Shown here: in pieces, positions 25,089 through 36,639 of the stretch
How the letters are laid out: every line of letters starts with the position of its first letter
Numbering within the stretch: position 1 is the first letter of the stretch
Assembly (NCBI GenBank): GCA_963734535.1
Contig: CAVTHS010000006.1
Location: 128,001 to 192,000, forward strand
From: an uncultured Chloroflexia bacterium
Lineage (GTDB): Bacteria; Chloroflexota; Limnocylindria; Limnocylindrales; CSP1-4
DNA length: 64,000 nt
Reading direction: 5' to 3'
Translations under genes and position numbers: made by a program
Notes under the pieces: generated by a model
The model's input: the letters and a program-made list of their open reading frames with translations, nothing else
Told to the model about the DNA's origin: nothing
The model's database searches: none

Positions 25089-28000
25089 AGCCGGCACCGA
25101 TGCGGATCGTCCTCGACCTGCAGGCCTGCCAGACGGAGGACGGCGGCGGCGCGCCGGGTCGTTACTCGCTCTCCCTGGCGCGGGCGATTGCCCGAAATGC
25201 GGGCGAGCACGAGATCGTCATCGCCTTGAACGGCCGGTTTCCGGCGAGCGTCGAACCACTCCGCCTGGCTTTCGACGGACTGCTGTCCCGTGATCGCATC
25301 GCGGTGTTCTCGGTGCCTCGGTCCATCTCGGCGATCGACCCGGCCAATGACTGGCGGCGCCATGCAGCCGAACAGGTCCGTTCGAGCTTCCTGGCCGGCT
25401 TGAGGCCGGACGTCGTCCACGTCTCGAGCCTGTTCACGGGCCTGGAGGATGACGCCGTGGCGTCCGTCGCCGGCGGATACGGGCCGTTCGCCTCGACCGC
25501 GACGCTCTCCGATCTCGATCTCCTGCGACATTCGCCGTCCGTCGAGGGGCGGCGCAGCGACTGGAGTCTCGGCAGGCTGGAGGAGGCAAGGCGCGCAGAC
25601 CTCCTGCTGGTGACCTCGGACCACGCCCGCGACCTGGCCATGGCGATCCTCGAGGTGCCTGAAGAGCGGATCGTGACCGTCCCTGCGGCTGCCGACGAGA
25701 CGCTCGAGCCGCGCGATCTCCTGCCCGCAGAGCTCCGGGCCCTGCGACGCCGCGCGGGGATCCGCAAGCCGTTCCTGCTGTCCCGGGTTGGTGCGGACGA
25801 GACCGGGACGGCCGAAGCGCTGATCCACGCGTTCGCGCTGCTGCCCGAGACGATCAGGACCGAGCACCAGCTTGCCCTCATCGCCGATCTCGGTGACGGC
25901 GAGCGACGGAAGCTGAAAGCAGCCATCCAGCGCTTCGGCCTGCGTGCGGATGACGTGGTCATCGCGAGTGGCGTCAGCGGCGACGAGCTGATGGCGCTCT
26001 ATGGCGACTCGACGCTGGTCGTGTCCGCCTCGGAGAGCGATTGCCTCGGCTCGTCCGCCCTGGCGGCCATGATGTGCGGGGCTCCGGTGGTCGCCTCGAC
26101 CGCCGGGGCGATGCCCGAGGTGATCGGCAGGACAGATGCCCTGTTCGATCCCCGTGATCACCACGCGATGGCCTCCAGGATCGGTGAGGTCCTGACCGAC
26201 GACGGCTTGCGGCGCGACCTGAAGGATCACGGCTCGCTGCAGGCCCGCCGATGCTCCTGGGATGCCAGCGCCGTCCGCGCGCTGGGGGCGTTCGCGCAGC
26301 TTGACGAGCGGGGCCAGGCGAGCAGAGCCACCGCGATCGTGACGAACCGGCCGCGCCCGCGCCTGGCGTTCGTCTCGCCTCTCCCACCGGAACGATCCGG
26401 CATCGCGGACTACAGCGCCGAGCTGCTGCCCGAGCTGGCTCGGCACTACGACATCGACGTCGTGCTCCAGCAGGACTCACTCGACGCTCCGTGGGTCGCC
26501 GCCAATTGCGCGATGCGGTCCGCGGCCTGGTTCGACTCGCACGCTGACGAATACGACCGGATCGTCTACCAATTCGGCAACTCCCCGTACCACGAGCACA
26601 TGTTCGCGCTGTTGGCCCGGCACCCGGGCGTGGTCGTCCTGCATGACTTCTTCCTGAGCGGGGCCGTGCACTACTGCCACGAGACCCGCCGCCTGAAGGG
26701 CGGCTTCGCGCGGGCTCTCTACGAATCGCATGGATATGCGGCGCTCACCGACGAGAGGCAGATCGGCCGAGAGGCCGCGGTCTGGAAGTACCCCTGCAAC
26801 AAGGAGGTACTGGACCGCGCCCAGGGTGTCATCGTCCACTCGCGATTCGCGATGCGACTGGCCGAGACGTGGTACGGGCCGGGTAGCGCAGGAGACTGGA
26901 CGTACATCCCGCTCGCCAGGGCTCAGCCTCCGGCCATCGAACGGCGAGCGGCGCGGGAGCGCCTCGGGATCGCGGATGCGGATTTCCTCGTCTGCTCCCT
27001 GGGCATGCTCTGGCCGTCAAAGCTGAACGACCGCCTGCTGAACGCGTGGCTGAGCTCTCCGCTCGCGGACGACCCGGGATGTCACCTGACCTTCGTCGGG
27101 GAGAACCAGTCCACCGAGTACTGCAAGGACCTGGTCCGCATGATCAGGGGCAGTCGCTCCAGGGAGCGCATCCGGATCACCGGGTTCGTTCCCCGGCAGC
27201 AGTACGAGGACTACCTCGCGGCCGCGGACATGGCCGTCCAGCTGCGCGCGTTGTCTCGCGGGGAGACGTCCGCATCGGTCCTCGATTGCCTCGCGCGTGG
27301 CGTTCCGACGATCGCGAACGTGAACGGCTGGGTTGCTGAGCTGCCCGACGAGACGCTGTCGAAGATCCCGGACGAGTTCTCGCAGGCGGAATTAGTCGAC
27401 GCACTGGTCCGGCTGTGGCGCGATCCCGGCGCACGGGCCGAACTCGCCCGCTGCGGGCGCGCGCACGTCAGGACGGTGCATGCTCCGCCGCGCGCCGGCG
27501 ACCTGTACCGCGACGCGATCGAGAGGTTCGCGGCGGACAGTCCCGATGGGCGATATCGACACCTGGTCCGCTGCCTGGCGGACGGCAGAGATTCGGCTGC
27601 GCCGACCAGGGAGGATCTGATCGACGTGGCCGCAAGCGTCTCCGCGAACCAGACCCCCCGTCCGCCAGGCCAGCTGCTCGTGGACGTCACGGCGCTCGTT
27701 CGCGAGGATCTCAAGACGGGTATCGAGCGCGCATCCCGCGCCGTCCTCCGCTCCCTGATCGGCCGATCGCCTGACGGATACCGCGTGGAACCTGTGTACG
27801 AGGCCGGCGGACACTATGCGTACGCCCGGCGTTTCACGGTAGGGCTACTCGAGGCGAAGGAGTCGGGGCTCGAGGATGCGCCGATGGAGGCGGCTCCCCG
27901 CGACATCTTCCTGGGGCTGAACCTCTCACAGCAGTGGATTCCTGAGAATCGAACCTGTTCATCGATCTCAGGAACCGTGGCACGGGCGTGTTCTTCGTCC

Positions 28001-28935
28001 TGTACGACCTTCTGCCCGTGTTGCGTCCCGAGGTCTTCCCCGACTTTGTGCAGCCGACCTTCACCCGCTGGTTGGACACCGTCGTCCGCATATCGGACGG
28101 CGTCGTGTGCATCTCCCGCGCGGTGGCGGACGAGTTGCTCGGCTGGTTGCAGCGCACGACACCGGTGCGTTGCGGGCAGCTCCAGATCGGGTACTTCCAC
28201 TTGGGCGCTGACCTCGCGGCCAGCGTGCCGACCAGCGGGTTCCGGCCGGACGCCGCGTCCGCACTTGCGCAGTTGCGGACGCGGCCGAGCTTCCTGATGG
28301 TCGGCACCATCGAGCCGCGCAAGGGACATGCGCAGGTGCTCTCCGCATTCGAACGTTTGTGGGCTGCCGGCGTGGACGCGAGCCTTGTCGTCGTCGGCAA
28401 GGAGGGCTGGGGCGTGGAGCGACTCGCGGCGCGCCTGCGCACGCACCCGGAGCGAGGCAAACGCCTGCATCTGCTACCCGGCGTCAGTGACGAAGTACTT
28501 CTGAGTCTCTACGAGTCTGCGTCTGTCCTTCTGGCTGCCTCCGAAGGAGAGGGCTTCGGCCTGCCGCTGATCGAAGCCGCCCGGCATGGCATGCCGATCA
28601 TCGCCCGAAACATACCGGTGTTCCATGAGGTCGCCGGGGAGCACGCCTTCTACTTCACTGGCAAGGCGCCAGAGCACCTTGCCGACGCGATCTCCACCTG
28701 GCTCGCACTGCGCGAGCGCGGCGAGGCGCCCTCTTCGAACAACATGCCGTGGCTGACCTGGGCCCAGAGTGCGACGCAACTGATGGACGTGATCCTCGGT
28801 GGGCGGTGGTATGCGCGCTGGCCCGAGATCCCCGATCCGTTCGATCCGGGGCTGCTGATGCGCACGGGGATCACCCGCCAGGGACGTCCGCCTCTGCCGT
28901 CGCCGGCGGCGCGACGCCGAGTCATCGCCGCATAG
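25085..28935 (+). CDS. Multi-domain GT4 glycosyltransferase (WbdA-like polymerase); apparent frameshift near 27960
   Basis: MRIVLDLQACQT, RLAFVSPLPPERSGIADYS, LLVDVT..DLKTGIER, MVGTIEPRKGH, EGFGLPLIEA. Confidence 0.88.
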
Positions 28936-29630
28936 GTCGCGAGCCCGCTCTGCGATCGAGCCGCGCGCGACCGTCTGTCCGTGGTCGAGGACGATCGACT
29001 CGTCGGCGAGCGACTCCGCGAGGTCGACGCTGTGGGTCACGAACAGGAGCGACGTCCCGGACCGCCGAAGCGTCCGGAAGTGATCGAGGCACGTCGCGAT
29101 GAAGGCGGCGTCGCCCACGGCGAGGATCTCGTCCACGAGGAGGAGCGGTCCGGGATCGGCCAGGGCGGCGGCCATCGCGACGCGCATGCGCATCCCGGTC
29201 GAGTAGGTCCTGATCGGCTCCTCCCAGGCGTCCTCGATCCCGGAGAACTCGCGCGCTTCGGCGAGGCGCAGACTTCAGCGCGCGTCCGCTCAGGCCGCGC
29301 AGGAGAAGCTCGAGCCGTGCGTTCTCGGCACCCGACAGCTCCTCGTCGAAGGCTCGTCCCCACCTGGAAGAGGAGCGTCGGGTCGACGCGCCGGTCCACG
29401 CGACCGACCGTGGGCGCGATCGTCCCGGCCGCGATCCCGAGCAGCGTGGACTTCCCGGACCCGTTCCGGCCGAGGATCGCGACCGACTCGCCCGAGGTGA
29501 CCTCGAGGTCGAGCGGTGCGAGCGCCCAGGGTCGGTCACTCGGTCGGCGGAGCAGGCGGGCCGTCAGCCCGAGCTCCGAGCCACTCGGGTACTGCTTGCC
29601 GACGCCGGCCATGCGGACGAGGAGGGTCAT
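28922..29630 (-). CDS. wzt: Polysaccharide ABC exporter ATP-binding subunit, without a C-terminal CBM; apparent frameshifts
   Basis: GRNGSGKSTLL, YSTGMRMR, LLVDEILAVGDAAF, FVTHS. Confidence 0.85.
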
Positions 29631-29641
29631 CGGGCGACCGG

Positions 29642-30527
29642 TCAGATGTAGTCGGCGAAGTTGGCCGACGTGCGCCGGAACACGATCGCGGCACGCCCAC
29701 AGGGCGACGAACGCCGAGACGAGGCCGACGACCGCGTGGACCGGATGGTCCGGGATCCAGCGCATGCCGTAGAGGATGAGATCCATCGAGATCGTCAGCG
29801 GGTTGAGCTTGAGGGCAGAAGACCGAGGAGCCCGCCGCCCTCGGGGTTCAGGTAGAGGGGCGACACGAAGATCAGCGCCATCGTGATGACCGGTGCGGCA
29901 AGGATCGCGTCGCGCAGGTAGACGCCGAGCGCTGCGAACGCGAGACCCAGGGCGGTGCCCCAGACGATCGCCAGGAGCAGGCCGACCGTGAACGCCAGTG
30001 AGCGTGGCCAGGCCGGCCGCCAGTGCCGTCGCCGATCGCCACGGCGCCCACCCCGAGCAGGCCGCCCGGGATGATCCGGTAGAGCGCGACCCCAACGGCG
30101 GTGGGCGCCAGCAGCTCGAGCGGGAAGAGCGACCCCTTCACCCAGCCAGGCTCGCTCCGCGACCAGCGTGGGACCGCGGCCCACGATCTCGCCCATCCCC
30201 TGCCCGATGATGAACGCCGCGAAGAAGATCCCGAACCCGCCGAGCGGGGACGTGGACTCCGGGACGCGCACGGCACCGCGGGTCGCCGCGAACAGCAGGA
30301 TCGCCTGCGAGCCCGGCTGGATGATGTTCCACGCCCAGCCGAGAACGCTTCGGCGATGCCGGCGCGCGATCTGTGTCCGGACGAGCGTGGACAGGACGAA
30401 CCGCTGGTCCCAGAACAGGTTCCACGGGAACAGGAGGATCGTGAGGCCGCCCAGGCGCCGGAGACGCCACGAGGTCTGCCGCCGGTTCACCGCCGGCGGG
30501 GGAGTCCGTGAGGACGTCAGTTCCCAT
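29642..30527 (-). CDS. wzm: Polysaccharide ABC exporter permease; apparent frameshifts
   Basis: RHRRSVLGWAWNIIQP, FPLELL, GVYLRD, FVSPLY, LNPL, ends FADYI. Confidence 0.8.
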
Positions 30528-31782
30528 CGTTCGAGAGGATAGCCGTCAGCAGGTCGAAGCAGGCGCGGTCCCAGCTCCGAGGCACGAAGCTGTCGCGGAT
30601 CGCCTTCATTCGGGACTCGACGGGCTCGGGGTCGTCCCACCAATGGCGGATGACCCGGTAGAGGGCATCGCCGTCGTTGGCTGGCACGGCCTCCACGAAC
30701 CGCGAGACCTCGTCCGCTGGGATCGCATCGGTGACGATGCTCGGCTTCCCGTATCGCAGCGCCTCCCTGATCGGGAGGCCCCATCCCTCCGCGAGCGATG
30801 GGAAGGCCAGGAATCGGCAGCCCCCGTAGAGAGCCGCGAGCTCTGGGTCACTCGCGTCCGTCACCACGCGGACGCGGCTCTGCAGCGCCGGTTCTGCCGC
30901 GAGGCGCTCGAAGAACGCTCCGTCCTGGGGGTGTCGGCGCCCCCCGATCACCAGCCACGGCACGTTTCCGGCTCCTCGGTCCGAGGCAAGCCAGCGCGAC
31001 CACGCATCGAGCAGGAGGACGTGGTTCTTGCGCGGATGGATCGTCCCGACGCTGAGCACGTACGGTGTCTCCGGGCAGAGGCCCCGCGGGTCGGCGGCCG
31101 CGGGCAGGATCGGATCGGGGGGCAGGACGGCCGTGACGTGTTGGTGGGCGACCTGGGCGACCTCGGCGGCGACCTCGGGCGAGTCTGCCGCCAGCGCATC
31201 CGCCGCACCGAGGAGCAGGGTCAGGTCGGCCGCCGCGGCGACGCCCTGCGCATCGCCGTACCAGCTCGCGCCGGTGATCGGCAGCATGTCGTGCACCAGC
31301 TGTGCCAGCCTTGCCCCCGATCGGGCTCGGGCAGCGACCGCGCCCGCCGCCATCCCCGGCGCGATCCAGGGGGCTCCAAGGACCAGGAGCGTGTCCAGGG
31401 GCCCGATCTCGAGCGGTTGCCCGGTCCTTCCTGCCCGGCGCGCGAGGATGCGCCGACCGACCGAGCGCGCGCGTTCCTGGACACCGCGGGGCGCGTGCGC
31501 GGAGATGCGCAGGGCGAGCTCGGCGCCACGGGCGAATCGCCGCCCACCGGGGGTCGTGGCATCGAGCAGGACCTCACGGACTGCGTCCCGGGTGACCACA
31601 ACCGTCCGCGTCTCGACGCCCACCGTCGCCGCGGCCGCGGGAAGGTGGCGGGCATAGCCGTCGGCGAGCCGCTGGATGCCGGTCGGCTGGGTCGCCGCGG
31701 CCTGGTAGACGAGGAGGTCGTTCACCACGATCAGGAGGCGGCCGGCCACGGCGGCGTCCGCGCGCTCTGTATTGGGGGTCAC
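30517..31782 (-). CDS. GT4 glycosyltransferase
   Basis: TGIQR, VHDMLP, VGTIHPRKN, PSLAEGWGLPIRE. Confidence 0.88.
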   Translation of the reverse strand: MTPNTERADAAVAGRLLIVVNDLLVYQAAATQPTGIQRLADGYARHLPAAAATVGVETRTVVVTRDAVREVLLDATTPGGRRFARGAELALRISAHAPRGVQERARSVGRRILARRAGRTGQPLEIGPLDTLLVLGAPWIAPGMAAGAVAARARSGARLAQLVHDMLPITGASWYGDAQGVAAAADLTLLLGAADALAADSPEVAAEVAQVAHQHVTAVLPPDPILPAAADPRGLCPETPYVLSVGTIHPRKNHVLLLDAWSRWLASDRGAGNVPWLVIGGRRHPQDGAFFERLAAEPALQSRVRVVTDASDPELAALYGGCRFLAFPSLAEGWGLPIREALRYGKPSIVTDAIPADEVSRFVEAVPANDGDALYRVIRHWWDDPEPVESRMKAIRDSFVPRSWDRACFDLLTAILSNDGN

Positions 31783-33023
31783 ACGCCCCTGCCCTGGAAG
31801 ACGACCGGGACCGTCCGGATCGCAATCTCGAGATCCATGAGCAGCGACCAGTGCTCGATGTACTCCAGGTCGTCGGCCATCCGTTGCTCGAAGTCCGCGT
31901 CGACCCGACGACGCACCTGCCAGAGCCCCGTCAGGCCCGGACGGACCGTCAGGCGAATCCGGTGCCGCGGTTCGTAGCGTTCGACCTCGTCGAGGCCGGC
32001 AGGTCGAGGACCGATCAGGCTCATTCGCCCAACGAGCACGTCGAACAGCTGGGGAAGCTCGTCGAGGCTGAAGCGGCGAAGGAACTGCCCAAGCGATGTG
32101 ACGCGTGGATCCTGCTCCAGCTTGAATGCAGGTCCCCTGGTGGAATTCGCCTCCCAGAGCGCCGCGCGCTCCGCGTGGGCCCCTTCGCGCATCGTGCGGA
32201 ACTTGCGAAGCGTGAAGGTTCGCCCATAGAGGCCTGCCCGCTGGTCGGAGTAGATGATGGGTCGACCCTCGAGCACGAGGATCGCCACGGCCGTCACGAG
32301 CATCGGGATGGCTGCCAGCACGATCAGGATGACCGACGAGACGATGTCCGCGATCCGCTTGATCGCGCGATCCGTCGGTGCGAGCACCGAGGGATAGAGG
32401 ATGAGCGAGCTGCCCGAAAGGACGACGATCGGTCGCGTGAGGGACTCGGAGAGGCGGGCGAGGTCCAGCATCACGGGCTCGCCGCGCACGAGGGCGTCCT
32501 CGGCGCCGGCACCGAGGTGGGGAAGCGGCGTCTCCACGACCGTTTCGGCGTTCCCCGCACCGCCCGCGCGTGCGCCGCTGAGGGCGCTGACACCGACGCA
32601 GAGAAGCGCTCCAACGATCACGAGGAGCCTGCTGGCGAGCGTCTTGTCAGCCAGGTACAGGACGCCCGAGCAGGCAACGAGCCAGATCGCGGCGGCCATG
32701 ACCAGTCGGGTCGGACGCCGGGGGAGGGTCGGGTACACGGGGTTCACCGCCCGGAGCGCGAGCGGCCAGAACATGCCGCCGAAGAGCGCCGTGAGCAGCA
32801 GGGCGGGCCTGGTCAGGTCGTCGGATGATCCTGGCTGGGAGGGCAGGAGCAGCTGGCGAACGACGGCCGCAGCCGGAAGCGCCAGGATGCCGGCCACGAC
32901 ATCCACGAGGACGATGCGGTCGCCGAGGGGGCCGAGGACCGGGATTGGTCGCTGGGCCGACGACCGCCGCGATGGGCTGGCCGGTGCGGTTTCGCCCGCC
33001 GGAGGCGCAAGCGGCACGGTCAC
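31779..33023 (-). CDS. Priming polyprenyl-phosphate sugar phosphotransferase (Bac_transf)
   Basis: IKRIADI, KFRTM, DPRVT..G.FLRRFSLDELPQL, MSLIGPRP, RPGLTGLWQV, DLEY; N-terminal TMs. Confidence 0.92.
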   Translation of the reverse strand: MTVPLAPPAGETAPASPSRRSSAQRPIPVLGPLGDRIVLVDVVAGILALPAAAVVRQLLLPSQPGSSDDLTRPALLLTALFGGMFWPLALRAVNPVYPTLPRRPTRLVMAAAIWLVACSGVLYLADKTLASRLLVIVGALLCVGVSALSGARAGGAGNAETVVETPLPHLGAGAEDALVRGEPVMLDLARLSESLTRPIVVLSGSSLILYPSVLAPTDRAIKRIADIVSSVILIVLAAIPMLVTAVAILVLEGRPIIYSDQRAGLYGRTFTLRKFRTMREGAHAERAALWEANSTRGPAFKLEQDPRVTSLGQFLRRFSLDELPQLFDVLVGRMSLIGPRPAGLDEVERYEPRHRIRLTVRPGLTGLWQVRRRVDADFEQRMADDLEYIEHWSLLMDLEIAIRTVPVVFQGRGV

Positions 33024-34585
33024 GCCACGGATCTGGCCGGGCCTGCCGTCCGACCGACCAGCGGCCCGGCGGCCATCCCCAGGGCGAGCCCGCCCATGAC
33101 CGCGGCGTAGCTTCGTACCTGCGGAATGTCCCAGAAGCCGCAGACCAGGAACGTGACGGCGGCGGCGATCAGATAGGGCGCCATCGTGTGCCGGCGCCGC
33201 CAGACCTGCCAGGCGGAGTAGAGGATCACGGTCGCGTTCGTGATCCCCAGCGGAAGGCCCCCCTCGGCGAATCCGTGGAGCAGGATGTCGTGGGCGTACG
33301 AGATCTGGCGCTGCGCGAAATCGCCGAACCGATCGAGGCTGCGCCAGCCGCCACCCACGAGGGGGCTCGCGAGCGTGATCGAGACGGCCGCGATCCAGGT
33401 GTTCACCCGGTTGATGTCGCTCTCGGTGCTGCCGTTGATCGTCTGGACGATTGCGTCGAGGTTCGTCCCGTAGCGGACGGCGACCAGGCCGACGAGCGTG
33501 ACCGCGCCGACTGCGATGCCCGCGATGGACAGGCGCCGATCGACGCGCCCGCTCGCGAGCACCGCGATCACCGATCCAACGCCAACGGCGATCAGTGGGC
33601 CGCGGGACCAGGTGAGGACGATGGTCAGGAGCGCGAGCCCGATGACCCCGAACGGGAGCAGCCGGCCCCGCCGGAGCGCCGCGGCCACCGCGAATGGCAG
33701 GGCCGTCGCGACTCCCATCGCAGTCGGAGTGGGGTAGCCAAGCGCGCCGAGCCGGCCATTGATGATGCCTGGGAACGTGATGAGATCCACGCCGGGGACG
33801 CCGACCCACGCGACGAGGGCGAGCCCACACGCGACGACCGTGGTTGCCAGGACCACGTCCGTGAGGACCCTGTCCCGGCCCGCGACGAGATGCGAGGCAG
33901 CGATCCAGGCCGCCATCAGCGCCATCGGGCCGCCGGCCACCCAGTGCAGGCCGTAGTCGAGGAACGCAGCGTCCTGGCCAACGGCGAAGTAGCCCGTCAC
34001 GGCGGTCCACGCGTAGAGCACCATCGCCGCGATGGCCGCCGCGACGACCCACCAGGGCGGTCCCAGCCGGCGCACGTCACCGAGGCTCGGCCCCAGCACG
34101 AACCGGTCGAGGAGCACCCTCGCCGCGGAGCCGTAGATCGGCACGACACGGAGGACCTCGCCGTACTGCGCGTCGATTGCGCCACCGAGGAACGGGACCA
34201 CCGCGATCGTGAGCAGGAGCCCGAACCACGGCCGGAGGAGGCCGAGCGCCAGGCCGGTGATGATCCAGGCGGGGATCGCCAGCGACGCGGTCGCCGGAAT
34301 GTGCCCGAGCAGCCAGAACGTCGCCGCGAGCGCCGGCAGCAACAGGTCCCATCGAGCGAGAACGCGGCCGAGTCCCGTGGCCGGGGCCGGTGCCTCCCGC
34401 ATCGCGCGCCGCTCGGCTCGCGTGGGCACCCCCGAGCGGGTCGACCGTGTGGCAGCCCCGGCCGGTGCGACCGGGTCGCTCGGCTTCGTCGGTCCGGCGG
34501 CGGGTCCGGCGTGCCCGCCCTTCGACGCGGTCGGCGCCGCGGGTGGACCGACTCCCGGCCGTTTCGCTCGGCTCGCCTTGCCCAT
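33020..34585 (-). CDS. O-antigen ligase / O-oligosaccharyltransferase family (Wzy_C) membrane protein
   Basis: Many TM segments; LTWSRG, R.NTW, SPLVGGG, YAHD.LL...AEGG motifs. Confidence 0.85.
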   Translation of the reverse strand: MGKASRAKRPGVGPPAAPTASKGGHAGPAAGPTKPSDPVAPAGAATRSTRSGVPTRAERRAMREAPAPATGLGRVLARWDLLLPALAATFWLLGHIPATASLAIPAWIITGLALGLLRPWFGLLLTIAVVPFLGGAIDAQYGEVLRVVPIYGSAARVLLDRFVLGPSLGDVRRLGPPWWVVAAAIAAMVLYAWTAVTGYFAVGQDAAFLDYGLHWVAGGPMALMAAWIAASHLVAGRDRVLTDVVLATTVVACGLALVAWVGVPGVDLITFPGIINGRLGALGYPTPTAMGVATALPFAVAAALRRGRLLPFGVIGLALLTIVLTWSRGPLIAVGVGSVIAVLASGRVDRRLSIAGIAVGAVTLVGLVAVRYGTNLDAIVQTINGSTESDINRVNTWIAAVSITLASPLVGGGWRSLDRFGDFAQRQISYAHDILLHGFAEGGLPLGITNATVILYSAWQVWRRRHTMAPYLIAAAVTFLVCGFWDIPQVRSYAAVMGGLALGMAAGPLVGRTAGPARSVA

Positions 34586-34684
34586 CGGGCGCTGGCCCTC
34601 CCACCGGATTCGCCAGGACGGGGCGTTGGCAGCCCCAGCTCACCAGCCGAGAGCATACCGGCGCGCACGAGCCCGTGCGAACGT

Positions 34685-34754
34685 CAACCCCGCCGCGCCG
34701 CTCCGACAACCCCGCCGCGCCGCTCCGACCACGCGCTCCCGCCGCGCCGCTCCG
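34685..34754. repeat. Three copies of CCCGCCGCGCCGCTCCG in a divergent promoter region
   Basis: Two 22-bp tandem copies plus one spaced copy. Confidence 0.75.
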
Positions 34755-34831
34755 TCGTTCGGATGTCGACTCCTTTGCACGAACCCGGATCCCCATCGCG
34801 CCAGGTTCGCATTGGGAGATACATTGACGTC

Positions 34832-35378
34832 GTGAAGCGCCCCTGGCTGCTCGCCGCTCTTCTGCTGGCCGCCTGTACCAGCACGCCGACGCCCCAGCCG
34901 ACGGCGACCCCGACGCCGGAGCCGTCGGTGGCCCCGCCGGCGTTCGCGAGTGTCACGGTCACCGGCATCGGGACGGTCCAGCGCGGCGAGTCGTCGGTTG
35001 CGACGCTCAGCCTGTCCTTCAACGAGGCGAGCGTCGTGGCGATCGGACCGAGGCCCCGGTTCGTTCGAGGTGGCGCTCACGGACAGCGCGGGCTCCGGAA
35101 CCACGGTGTCCTTCGTGGGGACTCCGTCAACCGCGAAGTCGCCGGGATCACTCGGGGCGTCGGCCACCGTGAGCGGAAACGTTCTGACGGTCTCCATCCT
35201 CGACTCCGACACGCTGAACATCGAGCCGGTGATCGTGACCGGCCTCGGGATCGCCGCCTCGTCCACGGCCGCGCTGGGTTCCATCGGGGCCACGATGGGA
35301 GCCTTCACTGGCTCGCTCGCGGGTGGTGCGACCGAGGACGTCCTGGTGTCCCCAGGTTCCGTGGTGGGCACGCCATAG
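34832..35378 (+). CDS. Lipoprotein consisting of a single S-layer-like domain; apparent frameshift near 35050
   Basis: VKRPWLLAALLLAAC lipobox, Pro/Thr linker, domain similar to the N-terminus of 37621..40197; TACATT -10 6 nt before GTG. Confidence 0.7.
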
Positions 35379-35643
35379 GAGTCTCGGGAGCCCAGGTTCG
35401 CCTCGCGTGCGCCCTCGTCGCCTCCGGACGGCGACCCCCGGCAGCCCGGTACCGGGGCCACGCCTGCGCGAACGCGGGCGGGCTGATCCGCCCGGATCTC
35501 CGAACGACCGGCCGGCCCACCTCTGGACTCCGTGTGGCAGACTCTTCCCGAGCCGCCAGTCCGGGTGGCCAATTTGACGTGGGACAGACACCGGGAACCC
35601 GCCCGGTCCGGGGCCGCCGGAACGGCCCGCTCGGAGGGCATGC

Positions 35644-36387
35644 TTGGACGAGTGGGGTCGCGACGAGCAGGAGCTCGTTCGGCGATGCAAGGAGGGATCG
35701 GAGGCCGCGTACGCGGTCCTCGTACGGCTCCACCGACCCCGCCTGTACACGCTCGCCTACCGCCTGCTGCTCGACCGCGAATCTGCCGAGGACGTGGTGC
35801 AGGAGACGTTCATCGCCGCCTTCCGGCAGATGGAACGCTTCGAGCCGCGCCCGTCGCTTGCCGCCTGGCTGAACACGATCGCGCTCCGGACCGCCACCCG
35901 CGCCGCCTCCCGTCAGCGATCCCGCCCGAAGGCCTCGCTCGACACGCCGGCGTTTCGCGACAATGGCCATTCGGCGGCCGACTGGCCGGGTGACCACCTG
36001 GGCCTTGGCGCGCTTGCCGACACGAGCCCCGGAACGGACCCGATCGCCGCGGCCGAGACCGCCGAGCTGCGCCGGGCGCTCGCGGCCGCCATCGTGGAGC
36101 TGCCCTTCAAGTACCGCGCCGCGGTCGTGCTCCGGCACGTGATGGGCCTCGACTACGCCGAGGCTGCCCGCGCGCTCGACCTGCCGCTCAACACGTTCAA
36201 GAGCCATCTGCTGCGCGGCACGAAGCTCCTCCGCGAGGGCCTGGCCCCCGAGCTCGACGCTCCGCGCACCGCCACGAACGGCTCGAACGGGCGCCATCCC
36301 GCCGAGGTGGGCGTGGGCGATCGGGTTGCCGAGGCCGCCGACATGGCCGAGATCCGGCCGGTGCCGGAGCGGATCGCCGGCGGCTGA
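35644..36387 (+). CDS. ECF sigma-70 factor
   Basis: AEDVVQETFIAAF, AWLNTIA (region 2); LP..YRAAVVLR..GLDYAEAA..LDLPLNTFKSHLLRG (region 4). Confidence 0.93.
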   Translation: MDEWGRDEQELVRRCKEGSEAAYAVLVRLHRPRLYTLAYRLLLDRESAEDVVQETFIAAFRQMERFEPRPSLAAWLNTIALRTATRAASRQRSRPKASLDTPAFRDNGHSAADWPGDHLGLGALADTSPGTDPIAAAETAELRRALAAAIVELPFKYRAAVVLRHVMGLDYAEAARALDLPLNTFKSHLLRGTKLLREGLAPELDAPRTATNGSNGRHPAEVGVGDRVAEAADMAEIRPVPERIAGG

Positions 36388-36467
36388 GCGACCGAGCGGG
36401 CGCAACTCGCGGGTGAGGGCGTCGGGGTCCCGTCGGGCGGCGCCGGTTCCGGCACGGATTGGCAGGC

Positions 36468-36547
36468 GTTGCCCGGGGTGCAACAAATCGGTCAGGCGAG
36501 TGTTGACGTGCTGCTGAGCGCCGCCTTGCGTGTCCTGCAACGCCGGC
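36468..36547. repeat. REP-like palindrome pair (GTTGC-N7-GCAAC family)
   Basis: GTTGCCCGGGGTGCAACAAATCGG and TTGCGTGTCCTGCAACGCCGGC resemble the copies at 45305-45504. Confidence 0.55.
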
Positions 36548-36603
36548 GTGCCGGAGCGCGGACCAGCGCCTGGGCGGATCCGCCGTCCTCCCGCCGCTCC
36601 CCC

Positions 36604-36631
36604 TGCAACTTTCCGGCCTCTCCCCGTCATT
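36604..36631 (+). promoter_or_regulatory. Putative ECF-type promoter for the anti-sigma gene
   Basis: TGCAAC-N15-CGTCATT ending 8 nt before GTG at 36640. Confidence 0.45.
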
Positions 36632-36639
36632 CATAGGAT

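Noticed and set aside
31779-34052. 757-aa sugar transferase
   Set aside because: The N-terminal part is an off-frame overlap with the ligase; the GTG at 33023 overlapping the ligase stop is the better start
32825-35872. 1015-aa plus-strand ORF
   Set aside because: Mostly antisense to the ligase gene; only the segment from 34832 (lipoprotein N-terminus) looks real
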